64,000 bases of DNA from Nitrospirota bacterium (GTDB lineage Bacteria > Nitrospirota > UBA9217), in assembly GCA_963663225.1 (NCBI GenBank), contig OY760142.1:416001-480000 (forward strand), in the 5' to 3' direction. A model generated the notes under the pieces. It did not search any database. It was not told the DNA's origin and worked only from the letters and a program-made list of their open reading frames with translations. A program made the position numbers and the translations under genes. Of the stretch, positions 40,290 through 49,247 are shown one piece after another. Numbering within the stretch: position 1 is the first letter of the stretch; every line of letters begins with the position of its first letter.

Positions 40290-40934
40290 TTATTGCTTAA
40301 ATATGTGGTGGTAATTTGCAGTATCCATTAAATCATGCATATTAGACTCGATGTGATAACGCATCTTATTTGAAGCCATTACGGGATCACCTGACAGAAT
40401 GGCATCAATAATCTGGAGGTGCTCTTCTAAAGAGCGATTTACTCTTCCAGGAATATATTCAGACGGATTGAGCAGCCGCACGATTTGGTTATTGAGGTTG
40501 TTCATAATAGTTATCAATCTTCTGTTGCCGGTGGCCTCAATAATAAGATGGTGCAAATCGTGAATATTCTCCGTATACGGTTGTTTTTTTTGTTCAAGAA
40601 GTTTTTTGGTTATTTTTTTTATTTCAAGAAGATCTTCTTTCTTAATTCTATTAACACATACTGCAGCTGCATAAGGCTCAAGCAGAAGACGTAGTTGAAA
40701 AATTTCATGAATATCAACGGGCGAAACAGTCGTTACTATCGCGCGATTATTGATAACGGTAATTAATCCTTCAGATTCGAGTCGAATCAACGCTTCGCGC
40801 ACAGGTGTGCGACTCATGTCGAGATTATCTACAAGCCACTTTTCGGTCACCGGGGAACCAGGTTTTAAGTCAGACTTGTAAATGGCATTTCTGATATAAT
40901 CATATGCAATTTTTACATTATTTTGACGTTTCAT
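40290..40934 (-). CDS. GntR/FCD-family regulator, paralog 2
   Basis: Same HTH (MSRTPVREALIRLESEGL) and FCD motifs as paralogs 1 and 3. Confidence 0.93.
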   Translation of the reverse strand: MKRQNNVKIAYDYIRNAIYKSDLKPGSPVTEKWLVDNLDMSRTPVREALIRLESEGLITVINNRAIVTTVSPVDIHEIFQLRLLLEPYAAAVCVNRIKKEDLLEIKKITKKLLEQKKQPYTENIHDLHHLIIEATGNRRLITIMNNLNNQIVRLLNPSEYIPGRVNRSLEEHLQIIDAILSGDPVMASNKMRYHIESNMHDLMDTANYHHIFKQ

Positions 40935-41089
40935 CTTTTGTCTTCACCTATGTACTAATGTAGCAAAATCATATGTATTTTTCAATAACAATTGCTTTCA
41001 ATATTTTACCGGTAGGCAATGCGCCTACCTTATCCGGTTGTTATCGTACACAATGGTTTTAAAAAGCCCGCATGCATTTCTAATCTGTT

Positions 41090-41128
41090 AAAAAAAAAGA
41101 AGCAACGTCCGAAATTGCACGTTGCTTC
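41090..41128 (-). terminator. intrinsic terminator closing the methyltransferase operon
   Basis: Minus strand GAAGCAACGT-loop-ACGTTGCTTC followed by T9. Confidence 0.8.
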
Positions 41129-41181
41129 ACAATAGTTACAGAACATTTTGGAGGCTAGAATCGTCTATCCGCTCGATTCAC

Positions 41182-42555
41182 TTAAGAAAGTGTCTTCAAT
41201 CCCATTCCTTTAAGTTCTTTTTTGACCGTTTGATAAATATTCGCGTACTCTTCCTTCGGCTGGTGATGAATCAGGTCATAGCAGTCAGTAATATCATAGC
41301 CGACAAGCGGCTGCCTATTTTCAAATTTCTTTGCAATGCGGCCGAGAAGTTCGTTTCCGCCCTCCCGGTCAAATCCCTGCTCTATGACGGCATCTGATAC
41401 TTCTATCATCCACTCGGCCTCAACGGGTGTTTGGCCATGGTTTACCGTCGTGCGGCAGTGCCGGGGAGCATAGAGATTCATACCATTAATAGGAGCTTCC
41501 ACCGATTGCATTGCTCCTTCCCAGAGGCAAAGATCAGTTCCCGGCCCTGATGTCGGGATCACCCACCGCATGCAGATCGTGTTGCTATACCGGTTAAGCG
41601 CCTGATTGACCACGGAACGTGCCCAGTTTACATTCGGAACCAGAATCTGACGGCCATTCAGCATATGAACATGTTCTACGCCCGTATAGTTTATGTAGTC
41701 TCTATATGCAATCATTGCAGCAATGGGTTTCGCTATACCTTCTATTATTGCTCCTTCAATCCCACCGCAGAACCCGCCGATAATGGCAAAACTGCCGCTG
41801 AGCCTGAATGGTCCATATTCCTCGAACACGATTGCCGCGGAAAGCATGTTTTGCTCCATTTTCAGATCCGGCAACAATGAGAGCAGCACCCCGTCTGTTG
41901 GGCGAAGACCGTTGTCGGGATCTATCGTTCCAATCAGGTCTTCAGCCCTCGTATTTATCGGATAATACACTACGGCCAGACCGGGGCGGCCGGCCTTTCT
42001 GACCCCTTCACGCATCCAGTTGATCTGACGCCGGGACGCGTAAACTTCCATGGGAGAGCCCATAATTTCTCTTCCGTCGACATGCGTGAAATTGAATCCT
42101 TCGATAAAATCCGTTCTCTGTATCTGCGCAAAATTATGCACAACGAGCCCGGCAAGATCCTCCGTAAAGGGGGTATGATGCCCTGGGCATACATTCAGTT
42201 TTTCCCTGCCTTCAATTTTTCTTTGCTTCCACACACGCCTATCCCGTCCGCAACCCATAAGTATTTCTGTCGGTGCTTCCTTGATTGCCGTCAAAATTTC
42301 GTCTCGTGTCAAGGCGACTCTGCGGCGCGTGGTAAGACAATATATACCCATTGTTTCTAGAAATTCCAGAGCAGCCTCGAAAGCTCTTTCCGGGAGTCCA
42401 TCATCCACATTAATATAGCGATGCTTCTTAGGAACGGTGATACCGTATTTTTTTACCATCTTGGTGATGTTTTCATAAAACATCTTATCCCACTGTTTAT
42501 CTTCGATTTTTTCACCAGTCTGTGTTCTCTCAGCAATTTCCAACAGTGTTAACAT
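41182..42555 (-). CDS. MtmB-family (monomethylamine:corrinoid methyltransferase-like) protein, pyrrolysine-free
   Basis: 457 aa with no in-frame stop; KKYGI, GIYCLTTRRRV, AGRPGLAVV (archaeal AGRPGMGV-Pyl-GPE), GGFCGGIEGA, GPGT, ITDCYDL. Confidence 0.88.
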   Translation of the reverse strand: MLTLLEIAERTQTGEKIEDKQWDKMFYENITKMVKKYGITVPKKHRYINVDDGLPERAFEAALEFLETMGIYCLTTRRRVALTRDEILTAIKEAPTEILMGCGRDRRVWKQRKIEGREKLNVCPGHHTPFTEDLAGLVVHNFAQIQRTDFIEGFNFTHVDGREIMGSPMEVYASRRQINWMREGVRKAGRPGLAVVYYPINTRAEDLIGTIDPDNGLRPTDGVLLSLLPDLKMEQNMLSAAIVFEEYGPFRLSGSFAIIGGFCGGIEGAIIEGIAKPIAAMIAYRDYINYTGVEHVHMLNGRQILVPNVNWARSVVNQALNRYSNTICMRWVIPTSGPGTDLCLWEGAMQSVEAPINGMNLYAPRHCRTTVNHGQTPVEAEWMIEVSDAVIEQGFDREGGNELLGRIAKKFENRQPLVGYDITDCYDLIHHQPKEEYANIYQTVKKELKGMGLKTLS

Positions 42556-42569
42556 GTAATCCTCCGTCC

Positions 42570-43238
42570 TTATTCAACCGATAATAGTTTTTTTGCCACT
42601 TCTACTGCTTCAATGGCGTCTTTTCCGTATCCATCAGCACCAATTTTGGCGGCATATTCTTTTGTGACAGGTCCCCCTCCAATCATTACTTTAAAACGAT
42701 CCCGAAGCCCCATACTTGCCAGGTCGTCAATAACTTCTCTCTGGTAAGGCATTGTGGTCGTTAAAAGCGAGGACAGTGCTATCATATCGGCATTTAGGTC
42801 TTTAGCTTTTTCAATAAATGTGGCACTCGGAACATCGACGCCAAGGTCTACAACCTGGAATCCGCCGGCTTTCAACATCGTGGATACGAGATTTTTGCCT
42901 ACGCTGTGCACATCGGCCTGCACCGTTCCTACGATGATAATTTTTTTCCTTTGAGCGTCCGCTTTTGATATGTTTTTTTCCAGCACTTTGCTTACCGTAT
43001 CCATCAGGTCGCCGGATATGACCAATTGCGGCAAATAGTATTCGCCTGAATCGAATTTCTCTCCTACGACGATGGCGGCATCTGCAATGGCATACCGAAT
43101 TGCCACTGATGGGTCAACACCAGCCGCCAGCACTTTTTCAGCCGCCGCTACTGCGTCTTCTTCATTCAGGTCGATAATCGCCGACTTCAATGCGTCCAGC
43201 AGTGTCCGTTCTTTTTCCGATAATTTTTTCGCATCCAT
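42570..43238 (-). CDS. corrinoid (B12-binding) protein, MtmC/MttC-like
   Basis: GEKFDSGEYYLPQL cap; GTVQADVHSVGKNLV (DxHxxG); SSLLTTT; IGGGP; GADGY. Confidence 0.95.
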   Translation of the reverse strand: MDAKKLSEKERTLLDALKSAIIDLNEEDAVAAAEKVLAAGVDPSVAIRYAIADAAIVVGEKFDSGEYYLPQLVISGDLMDTVSKVLEKNISKADAQRKKIIIVGTVQADVHSVGKNLVSTMLKAGGFQVVDLGVDVPSATFIEKAKDLNADMIALSSLLTTTMPYQREVIDDLASMGLRDRFKVMIGGGPVTKEYAAKIGADGYGKDAIEAVEVAKKLLSVE

Positions 43239-43256
43239 AATTCAAACCCTCCTGTT

Positions 43257-44639
43257 TTATTTTCTAAAATTCAAGCCCATGTCGCCCAGTTCTTTTTTGA
43301 CTTCATCATATATGTTCTGATATTCAGGAATCGGCTGTAAAGTTCTTTGATCATACAATTTTTCAAACACGTCGCCGGCCGGAGCATTTTGGAGATTATT
43401 TTCGTATTTGCTGAGGAGGAATTTGACGATTTTTTCCGCCGTTTTTCTGTCAACACCGGCGCTGGCCTTGCATACCTCACCCATCCAACGAGACTCAAGC
43501 GGTGTTCCATAATTACAGGTGTTGCCGACTACATATTTTCTTGTCCCCTCAGTTGAGTGTGCACCCATGACGGTTGATACGAGAAAACCGGCGGCAGCTT
43601 CGTACAAATATTGCTTGGTTCCCGGACCGGCAGCCGGATGGTCACCCATGCAGCCGACAATCATCAATTTTGTATTGCGGCTCATTCCTTGAATGGCAGT
43701 TCCTGCTACCCACAATTCGGCGCGGGTAACCCTGCTTTTGATACGCGATTCAACAGCTCCGCAGCGGAAGCACATTGCCTTATGAACTACGAGAAGCTGG
43801 AGTGCTCCGGCTACCGAAACAATTGACGCACCTTCTGTCGTCCCAGAAAAACCGCCTATAACGGCACTATGCGTTCCATGAATTGGAATATCCTGTGCCA
43901 ATCCGTATGCAGTCCGGCAAAGGTCATCGTAGGCAACCTTTAATTCCGACATTCCGGTCGATTCAATGAAGTCTGAACGCCTCAACCCATTTTGTTCATC
44001 AAACATTGCAATCGTAGCGGGAGCAGTTGGCGCATTACTAATTGTTATCATCCCGGGTCTGCCGGCCGCTTCTACCGCCCGCCGCATAATGGAAATTGTC
44101 TTGCTGTATTGATATATTTCCGAGGGAGTGCCAGCTACTACATCATATTTTCCATCAATATCAAGAAGTATTCCACCCCAAATACCATCCACGCAGCGGT
44201 CTTCTGCACAAAGCTTATAGATGGTAAACATCTTCGATTCGTCGCTGTATGGAGTCGTCTGAATCCCCGCAATTACTATAGGATTCTCAGTTCCCTCCAC
44301 AGACCGATGCTCCATCTTGACTTTGTCCGCTCCTTGTCCAAGCACAATTGACTTGGGACATGCGGCTATTTCATCATCCAGTTCCTTTTCGGTTACTTTA
44401 ATTGCTCTTCGTGTCGTCGTCGAGTACGTACCCACTGAAAGAAACAATTCACGGCCTGCCTGGTATACTCGGTCTGCCAAATCTCCCGTTTTGTCAAGTG
44501 GGTTCTCCGGATCATACTTGATACCGTACTTCTTCTGGAGTTCCTGAGTTTTTTTAAAAATTGACATATCAAACTGTTTTTCTTCTAAAATTGGGCCTTC
44601 TTTAGATCTTTGAAGAATATCGAATAATGGCAGTCTCAT
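43257..44639 (-). CDS. second MtmB-family methyltransferase, pyrrolysine-free
   Basis: 460 aa with no in-frame stop; KKYGIKYD, LADRVYQAG, AGRPGMITI, GGFSGTTEGA, AGPGT, TPLESRW, FEKLYD. Confidence 0.88.
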   Translation of the reverse strand: MRLPLFDILQRSKEGPILEEKQFDMSIFKKTQELQKKYGIKYDPENPLDKTGDLADRVYQAGRELFLSVGTYSTTTRRAIKVTEKELDDEIAACPKSIVLGQGADKVKMEHRSVEGTENPIVIAGIQTTPYSDESKMFTIYKLCAEDRCVDGIWGGILLDIDGKYDVVAGTPSEIYQYSKTISIMRRAVEAAGRPGMITISNAPTAPATIAMFDEQNGLRRSDFIESTGMSELKVAYDDLCRTAYGLAQDIPIHGTHSAVIGGFSGTTEGASIVSVAGALQLLVVHKAMCFRCGAVESRIKSRVTRAELWVAGTAIQGMSRNTKLMIVGCMGDHPAAGPGTKQYLYEAAAGFLVSTVMGAHSTEGTRKYVVGNTCNYGTPLESRWMGEVCKASAGVDRKTAEKIVKFLLSKYENNLQNAPAGDVFEKLYDQRTLQPIPEYQNIYDEVKKELGDMGLNFRK

Positions 44640-44762
44640 TCAGATCCTCCTTTTAGATTTCAAATTTTACTAAAAGTGCATTGAACAGTTCATATATCCT
44701 ATCCTGTAGATATGTTCATTCACCCCCCCTCTATTTAAATCGGCCCAGCGCGTTACACATAT

Positions 44763-44801
44763 TGTGTACTTAATGTATACATAAAGTATGTAATTGTCAA
44801 G
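44763..44801 (-). promoter_or_regulatory. sigma70 promoter (TTGACA-N17-TACATT) overlapped by a TGTATACA operator
   Basis: TGTGTACTTAATGTATACATAAAGTATGTAATTGTCAAG upstream of the methyltransferase operon. Confidence 0.75.
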
Positions 44802-45045
44802 CAAAAAAATACTGCTCTTTTGCAGGCAAAACCTATAGTTTTCTAGTATCTTATATCTGGTTTTTTTGGTAGCAGAGAGACAGTTGTGCGACTTGGAGAA
44901 TTACAGACGGCATTTGATGGGTTATTTTAGAGCGGATGAGATAACAGGGAGCGGCGTCTGTGCAATAGTTGTTCTTTCCAAGATGTTAACAAAGAATATG
45001 AGCGACTTGCGATAATTCCACGACGGCTTTATCCTATCCAAGCGC

Positions 45046-45618
45046 TTATGTATTGCCTTTTAAATAAATGTCAGTGTCAATACATTGCACGCCAATGTTT
45101 TTCATATCAAGAATATTGGCGTCCGCGACTTCCTTTGTCTGTGCAGATGCGGCATCAGTGACTAATATAACCTCGTAATCGAGTGCCACTCCATCGAATA
45201 CTGTTGTTCTCACGCAAACCGGATATTGAGTGCCGCAGACCACGATTGTTCGTATTCCGAGTCTGCGCAATATAAAATCCAGTTCAGTATTCATAAAGCT
45301 GCTGTACCGGTTTTTCATGATTCTATATTCACCCGCCAGCGGCTTAAGCGCCTCAACGATTTCACATCCTTTGGTTCCGGGCACGCAATACTTTTTACCG
45401 TTTAAAAAAGCTTTCTGACGTGTTATTTCTATGTCGGATCCATCTTCGCGATATTCTCTCATTATGTAGATAACCGGCATTTTTTGCTCTCTAAATCGAT
45501 TGAGAAGCTTTTGAATTTCCGGGATGGTGGCCATAGCACCGGCTATGCATGCCGGCGCACCCGGCAAAACGAAATCATTCTGCATATCTACAATAATCAA
45601 AGCACTCTTATTAGGCAT
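45046..45618 (-). CDS. isochorismatase-family cysteine hydrolase (amidase-like)
   Basis: Asp-Lys-Cys triad in IVDMQNDF, KNRYSSF and GTQYPVCVRTT. Confidence 0.92.
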   Translation of the reverse strand: MPNKSALIIVDMQNDFVLPGAPACIAGAMATIPEIQKLLNRFREQKMPVIYIMREYREDGSDIEITRQKAFLNGKKYCVPGTKGCEIVEALKPLAGEYRIMKNRYSSFMNTELDFILRRLGIRTIVVCGTQYPVCVRTTVFDGVALDYEVILVTDAASAQTKEVADANILDMKNIGVQCIDTDIYLKGNT

Positions 45619-45672
45619 TAGATTCTCTCCATGTTTGTGCAATATTTTCGCGGAATATAAAGAAATCTATTT

Positions 45673-46581
45673 TCAGGTATTAACAGATACTTTGGCATTT
45701 GTCTGATTAGCAATCATGTGCGCAACTTCATCAACCAGAGACATATTCGGAGGATTAACATTTATCAACTCATATTTTTTCCCGAGCTTTTCATATTTGT
45801 CGCTCCCAAGACGATGGTACGTTAGTAAATCAACAAAGTTAATATTCTCATTGTTCACAATTTTGATTATTTTATCATAAAAATCATGATCCATGTTAAA
45901 CCCAGGTATAATGGGTATCCGTAAAATAAGATTTTTTTTAATGGCTGATAGTTTGGATAAATTGTCAATTATTTGGTCGTTGTTTACTCCTGTGCTCTCA
46001 AGGTGCTTTTTTCTATCAAGATGCTTAATATCAAATAAAACCCAATCGAGCAACTTGCATAATTCCTGGATAACATCCCAGGGACCAATTCCGGATGTTT
46101 CAATTGCAGTGTTAATCTCATTCTCTTTTAATTGCTTTAATAGATCGAACAGGAATTCCGGTTGAAAAAGCGGTTCACCGCCTGAAATAGTTACCCCGCC
46201 GCCGGAAGTTTGATAGAACAATCTGTCGGCTTCAACTATATTCAGTATTTCCTTTGCGGTCATTTCTTTTCCCAAAATCTGGAGGGCCGTCGTCGGGCAC
46301 TGCGTCGCACACACACCGCACTTGCTGCATCGATCTCGGTCTATGCTCACTCGTTTGTCACGCGTTACGGTTACTGCTGCAATTGGACAGACGGCTACAC
46401 AACCACCACAGTCAATGCATAGTTTTGCATCATAAATAATTTCCTTTTTTCCGCTTTGCGATTCCGGATTGCTGCACCATCTGCAGTGTAGCGGGCAACC
46501 TTTCATGAATATGACTGTTCTTATACCGGGCCCGTCATGCAAGCAAAATTTTTGTATATTAAAAATACAGCCCTTTATCAC
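45673..46581 (-). CDS. glycyl-radical enzyme activating enzyme (radical SAM with 2x[4Fe-4S] insert)
   Basis: HDGPGIRT, GCPLHCRWCSNPE, two ferredoxin motifs, GGGVTISGGEP. Confidence 0.96.
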   Translation of the reverse strand: MIKGCIFNIQKFCLHDGPGIRTVIFMKGCPLHCRWCSNPESQSGKKEIIYDAKLCIDCGGCVAVCPIAAVTVTRDKRVSIDRDRCSKCGVCATQCPTTALQILGKEMTAKEILNIVEADRLFYQTSGGGVTISGGEPLFQPEFLFDLLKQLKENEINTAIETSGIGPWDVIQELCKLLDWVLFDIKHLDRKKHLESTGVNNDQIIDNLSKLSAIKKNLILRIPIIPGFNMDHDFYDKIIKIVNNENINFVDLLTYHRLGSDKYEKLGKKYELINVNPPNMSLVDEVAHMIANQTNAKVSVNT

Positions 46582-46602
46582 TTCTTATACCTCCGCAGGC
46601 CG

Positions 46603-49038
46603 TCACACGTTATGCGAACCAGACTCATGCTCTGTTCGTTTGATAATATCTTCCTGTAAAACGGGATCTATTGTTGTGAATAGTACGCTAAAACCTGCAA
46701 CTCTTACGGTAAGTGTAGGGTAGCGTTCTGGATGTTTCATTGCCTCTCTCAGGGTCTGCGCATCTATTACATTAAACTGAACATGCTGCCCTTTCATTAT
46801 AAAATATGTTTTTACCAAGTCGCATATTTTTGAAAAACATTCACCCTGAAGGAGCGAAGGATTAAGTTTTACATTGAGAAGCGTACTTCCTATTGCTTTC
46901 TGAGGATCAAGTTTTACAACGGATTTAAGCAAGGCAGTCAACCCGCTTTTATCCATTCCATGTGAGCAGGATACCCCTCCATCCGCTATTACGGTGCCCT
47001 TTTTTCTTCCATCCGGCGTAGCTCCGGTCCAACGGGCAAAAAGCACATTTGTTGCTATTGTGTAAAGCGCTATATTGTATTTACCGCCTCTGGGATTTTT
47101 ATGCTTGGCCGCTTCTATACAGAGTTGATTTAATACGCGGTTTCCGAGCGAATCAACGTAATCTATGTCGTTGCCATATTTGGGGACTTGATTGATCAAC
47201 TTCAGCCGGAAGCTCTCTGATCCTTCATAATCAGCCAACAAGGTTTTTTTGAAGTCATACCACGTAAGTGCCCTATCTTCATAAATATACTTTTGAATGA
47301 CTGCCAACGAGTCTGCGACATTCGCTACCCCGACCGCCTCCAAGGTTGTAAAATTATACCTGGCTCCGCCCTCAAGTGAACTTTTTCCATTGTGCATGCA
47401 ACCATCTATTAAAACAGATTCAAAGGGCGTGGGACAGAGGGCTCCATGCAATCGGTCCAAAATATTGTCGCAGGCTATTTGTAAACCCAGATAATGTCCG
47501 AGTTGTTTAAAATATGCATTCAGGAAATCATCGAAAGTTGATGCATTACTCACATCGCCCGTATTAAAATCATATTGTTTCTTCAGTACGGGATCGTATC
47601 CATTGAAAATCGTAAGCTCCAGAATTTTAAGCAGATTTAAAAACCCACCGGTTAACCATGGCTCTGTAACACCTGGGACCGTACTTTCGGTACAGCCGAC
47701 TACAGCGTAATTGCGCGCGTCTTCGATGGTATAGCCGAGTTGAAGCATATTCGGTATAAGCACTTCATCATTAAACATTGCTGGCATTCCACCGCCATAC
47801 GAAATCACCCGAAGAGCATGATTCAAAAAATCTTCTGGACACCCTGAGAACCAACGCATTGAGAGCGATGGTTGTGGAAGACCAACCCGTGCGGTAGTTT
47901 CCAAACAAAGGTGGGAAAGCTCATTTACTGCACTCGTTCCCTCCTTAGTTTGTCCGCCTAAGATCAGGTTCTGAAACATAGGATATCCGCCAAAAGCAAC
48001 CGTTGATATTTTATCTCTAACCTTATTGATTTCGAAAAATTTCAGCCAAAGGCATTGCACGAGTTCTTCTGCGTTTTTTTCAGATGCAATCCCGTTGTCC
48101 AGACTGTGCCTGTAGGACGGATACATGTATTGATCGAATCGACCCGGTGATACGCTATGCCCGTTTGATTCAAGGTGCAGTATTAAGTGCACGAACCAAA
48201 AACTCTGCAGTGCCTCCCAAAATGATCGCGCAGGATATGCGGGGACTATTTTGCAATTTTGCGCTATATCATACAGCTCTTTTTTCCTGCGTTCATCTTT
48301 TTCAGCTTCTGCCTTTTTTTCAGCCAATATTGAAAATCGCTTGGCAAAATTTATTGCCGCAGAGCATACGATGGCTACAGCATCGTAATAATTTGCCTTG
48401 TCTACGTAATCTTTATCATCTATGCTCAGCGTCTTTTTCTGTCGTTCCGCTTGTTCAATAAAATATTGAAGACCTTTTTTTATACACTGCTCATAATCTA
48501 CAACAACATGCCCTACGCCAGATCTAAAAGCTGTCAGTATAAATATTAAATCTTCTGCTGCTTCCTTTGCTTGTTCTGGAATTACTCTCAAAGCATTGCT
48601 TGTTATGGTGTTTACATCCCACTTCTTATATATTTCCCGGAGCTTTTCTTTAGTTTCTTCACTTATATAAAATTTATCAGCAACTCTGCCATTAAATGAG
48701 TCCAGCTCATCAATGACAAATTTCATATCATACTCAGGAAATATTTGACAACCCCGTGGTTTTCCAGCGTAACTGCCGACAATAAGTTCATCATCATTAA
48801 TACAGATGTTCATATTGTTTAATATTTTTTCAAGGGCTTTAGCTCTCCGTATGATATACGGTTGGCCGGCAGTTTCGAAATAACTCGCTGTTATTAGCAA
48901 TGCCCGATCTGCAAAAATTTCGGGCACCGTATTGAGCATAAACTCTCTGAGCTTTCTGATCCTATCAGAGACACTATCTGTTATCTTATTCCTACTAGAT
49001 TTGTTTTCTAAAGAATCATGAGATGTAAGGGTTGTCAT
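46603..49038 (-). CDS. glycyl radical enzyme, eliminase (diol dehydratase-like) class, substrate unknown
   Basis: Gly loop VRVAGFS; single-Cys loop VVGCTES; GVGHVVVDY; ESNGHSVSPGRFDQY; FGGYPMFQNL. Confidence 0.93.
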   Translation of the reverse strand: MTTLTSHDSLENKSSRNKITDSVSDRIRKLREFMLNTVPEIFADRALLITASYFETAGQPYIIRRAKALEKILNNMNICINDDELIVGSYAGKPRGCQIFPEYDMKFVIDELDSFNGRVADKFYISEETKEKLREIYKKWDVNTITSNALRVIPEQAKEAAEDLIFILTAFRSGVGHVVVDYEQCIKKGLQYFIEQAERQKKTLSIDDKDYVDKANYYDAVAIVCSAAINFAKRFSILAEKKAEAEKDERRKKELYDIAQNCKIVPAYPARSFWEALQSFWFVHLILHLESNGHSVSPGRFDQYMYPSYRHSLDNGIASEKNAEELVQCLWLKFFEINKVRDKISTVAFGGYPMFQNLILGGQTKEGTSAVNELSHLCLETTARVGLPQPSLSMRWFSGCPEDFLNHALRVISYGGGMPAMFNDEVLIPNMLQLGYTIEDARNYAVVGCTESTVPGVTEPWLTGGFLNLLKILELTIFNGYDPVLKKQYDFNTGDVSNASTFDDFLNAYFKQLGHYLGLQIACDNILDRLHGALCPTPFESVLIDGCMHNGKSSLEGGARYNFTTLEAVGVANVADSLAVIQKYIYEDRALTWYDFKKTLLADYEGSESFRLKLINQVPKYGNDIDYVDSLGNRVLNQLCIEAAKHKNPRGGKYNIALYTIATNVLFARWTGATPDGRKKGTVIADGGVSCSHGMDKSGLTALLKSVVKLDPQKAIGSTLLNVKLNPSLLQGECFSKICDLVKTYFIMKGQHVQFNVIDAQTLREAMKHPERYPTLTVRVAGFSVLFTTIDPVLQEDIIKRTEHESGSHNV

Positions 49039-49247
49039 TTATCCCTCCACTATACAAGCATGCGACGTTCAGGCTCGTATTTGATTACAGATTCATAGAC
49101 ATAATCGTTTGCAAATATTCGTTTAAAAAAATCGCCGAATAGTTTACATTTATTCCACCCTGAGTAGCAATCGTCCTCATGCCGACCAGCCTCGCTTTTC
49201 TTACTGTTACTCAGCTATAGACCAAGACGAATTTGCCTTATGACTTA

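Noticed and set aside
41182-44639. Pyrrolysine (amber) read-through in the MtmB-like genes
   Set aside because: Both frames are uninterrupted and full length with TAA stops; no pyl genes or tRNA-Pyl seen.
46603-49038. Calling the GRE pflB, cutC or hypD
   Set aside because: It lacks the adjacent Cys-Cys of PFL, the Cys loop is GCTES rather than GCVE, and there is no microcompartment or P5C reductase context.
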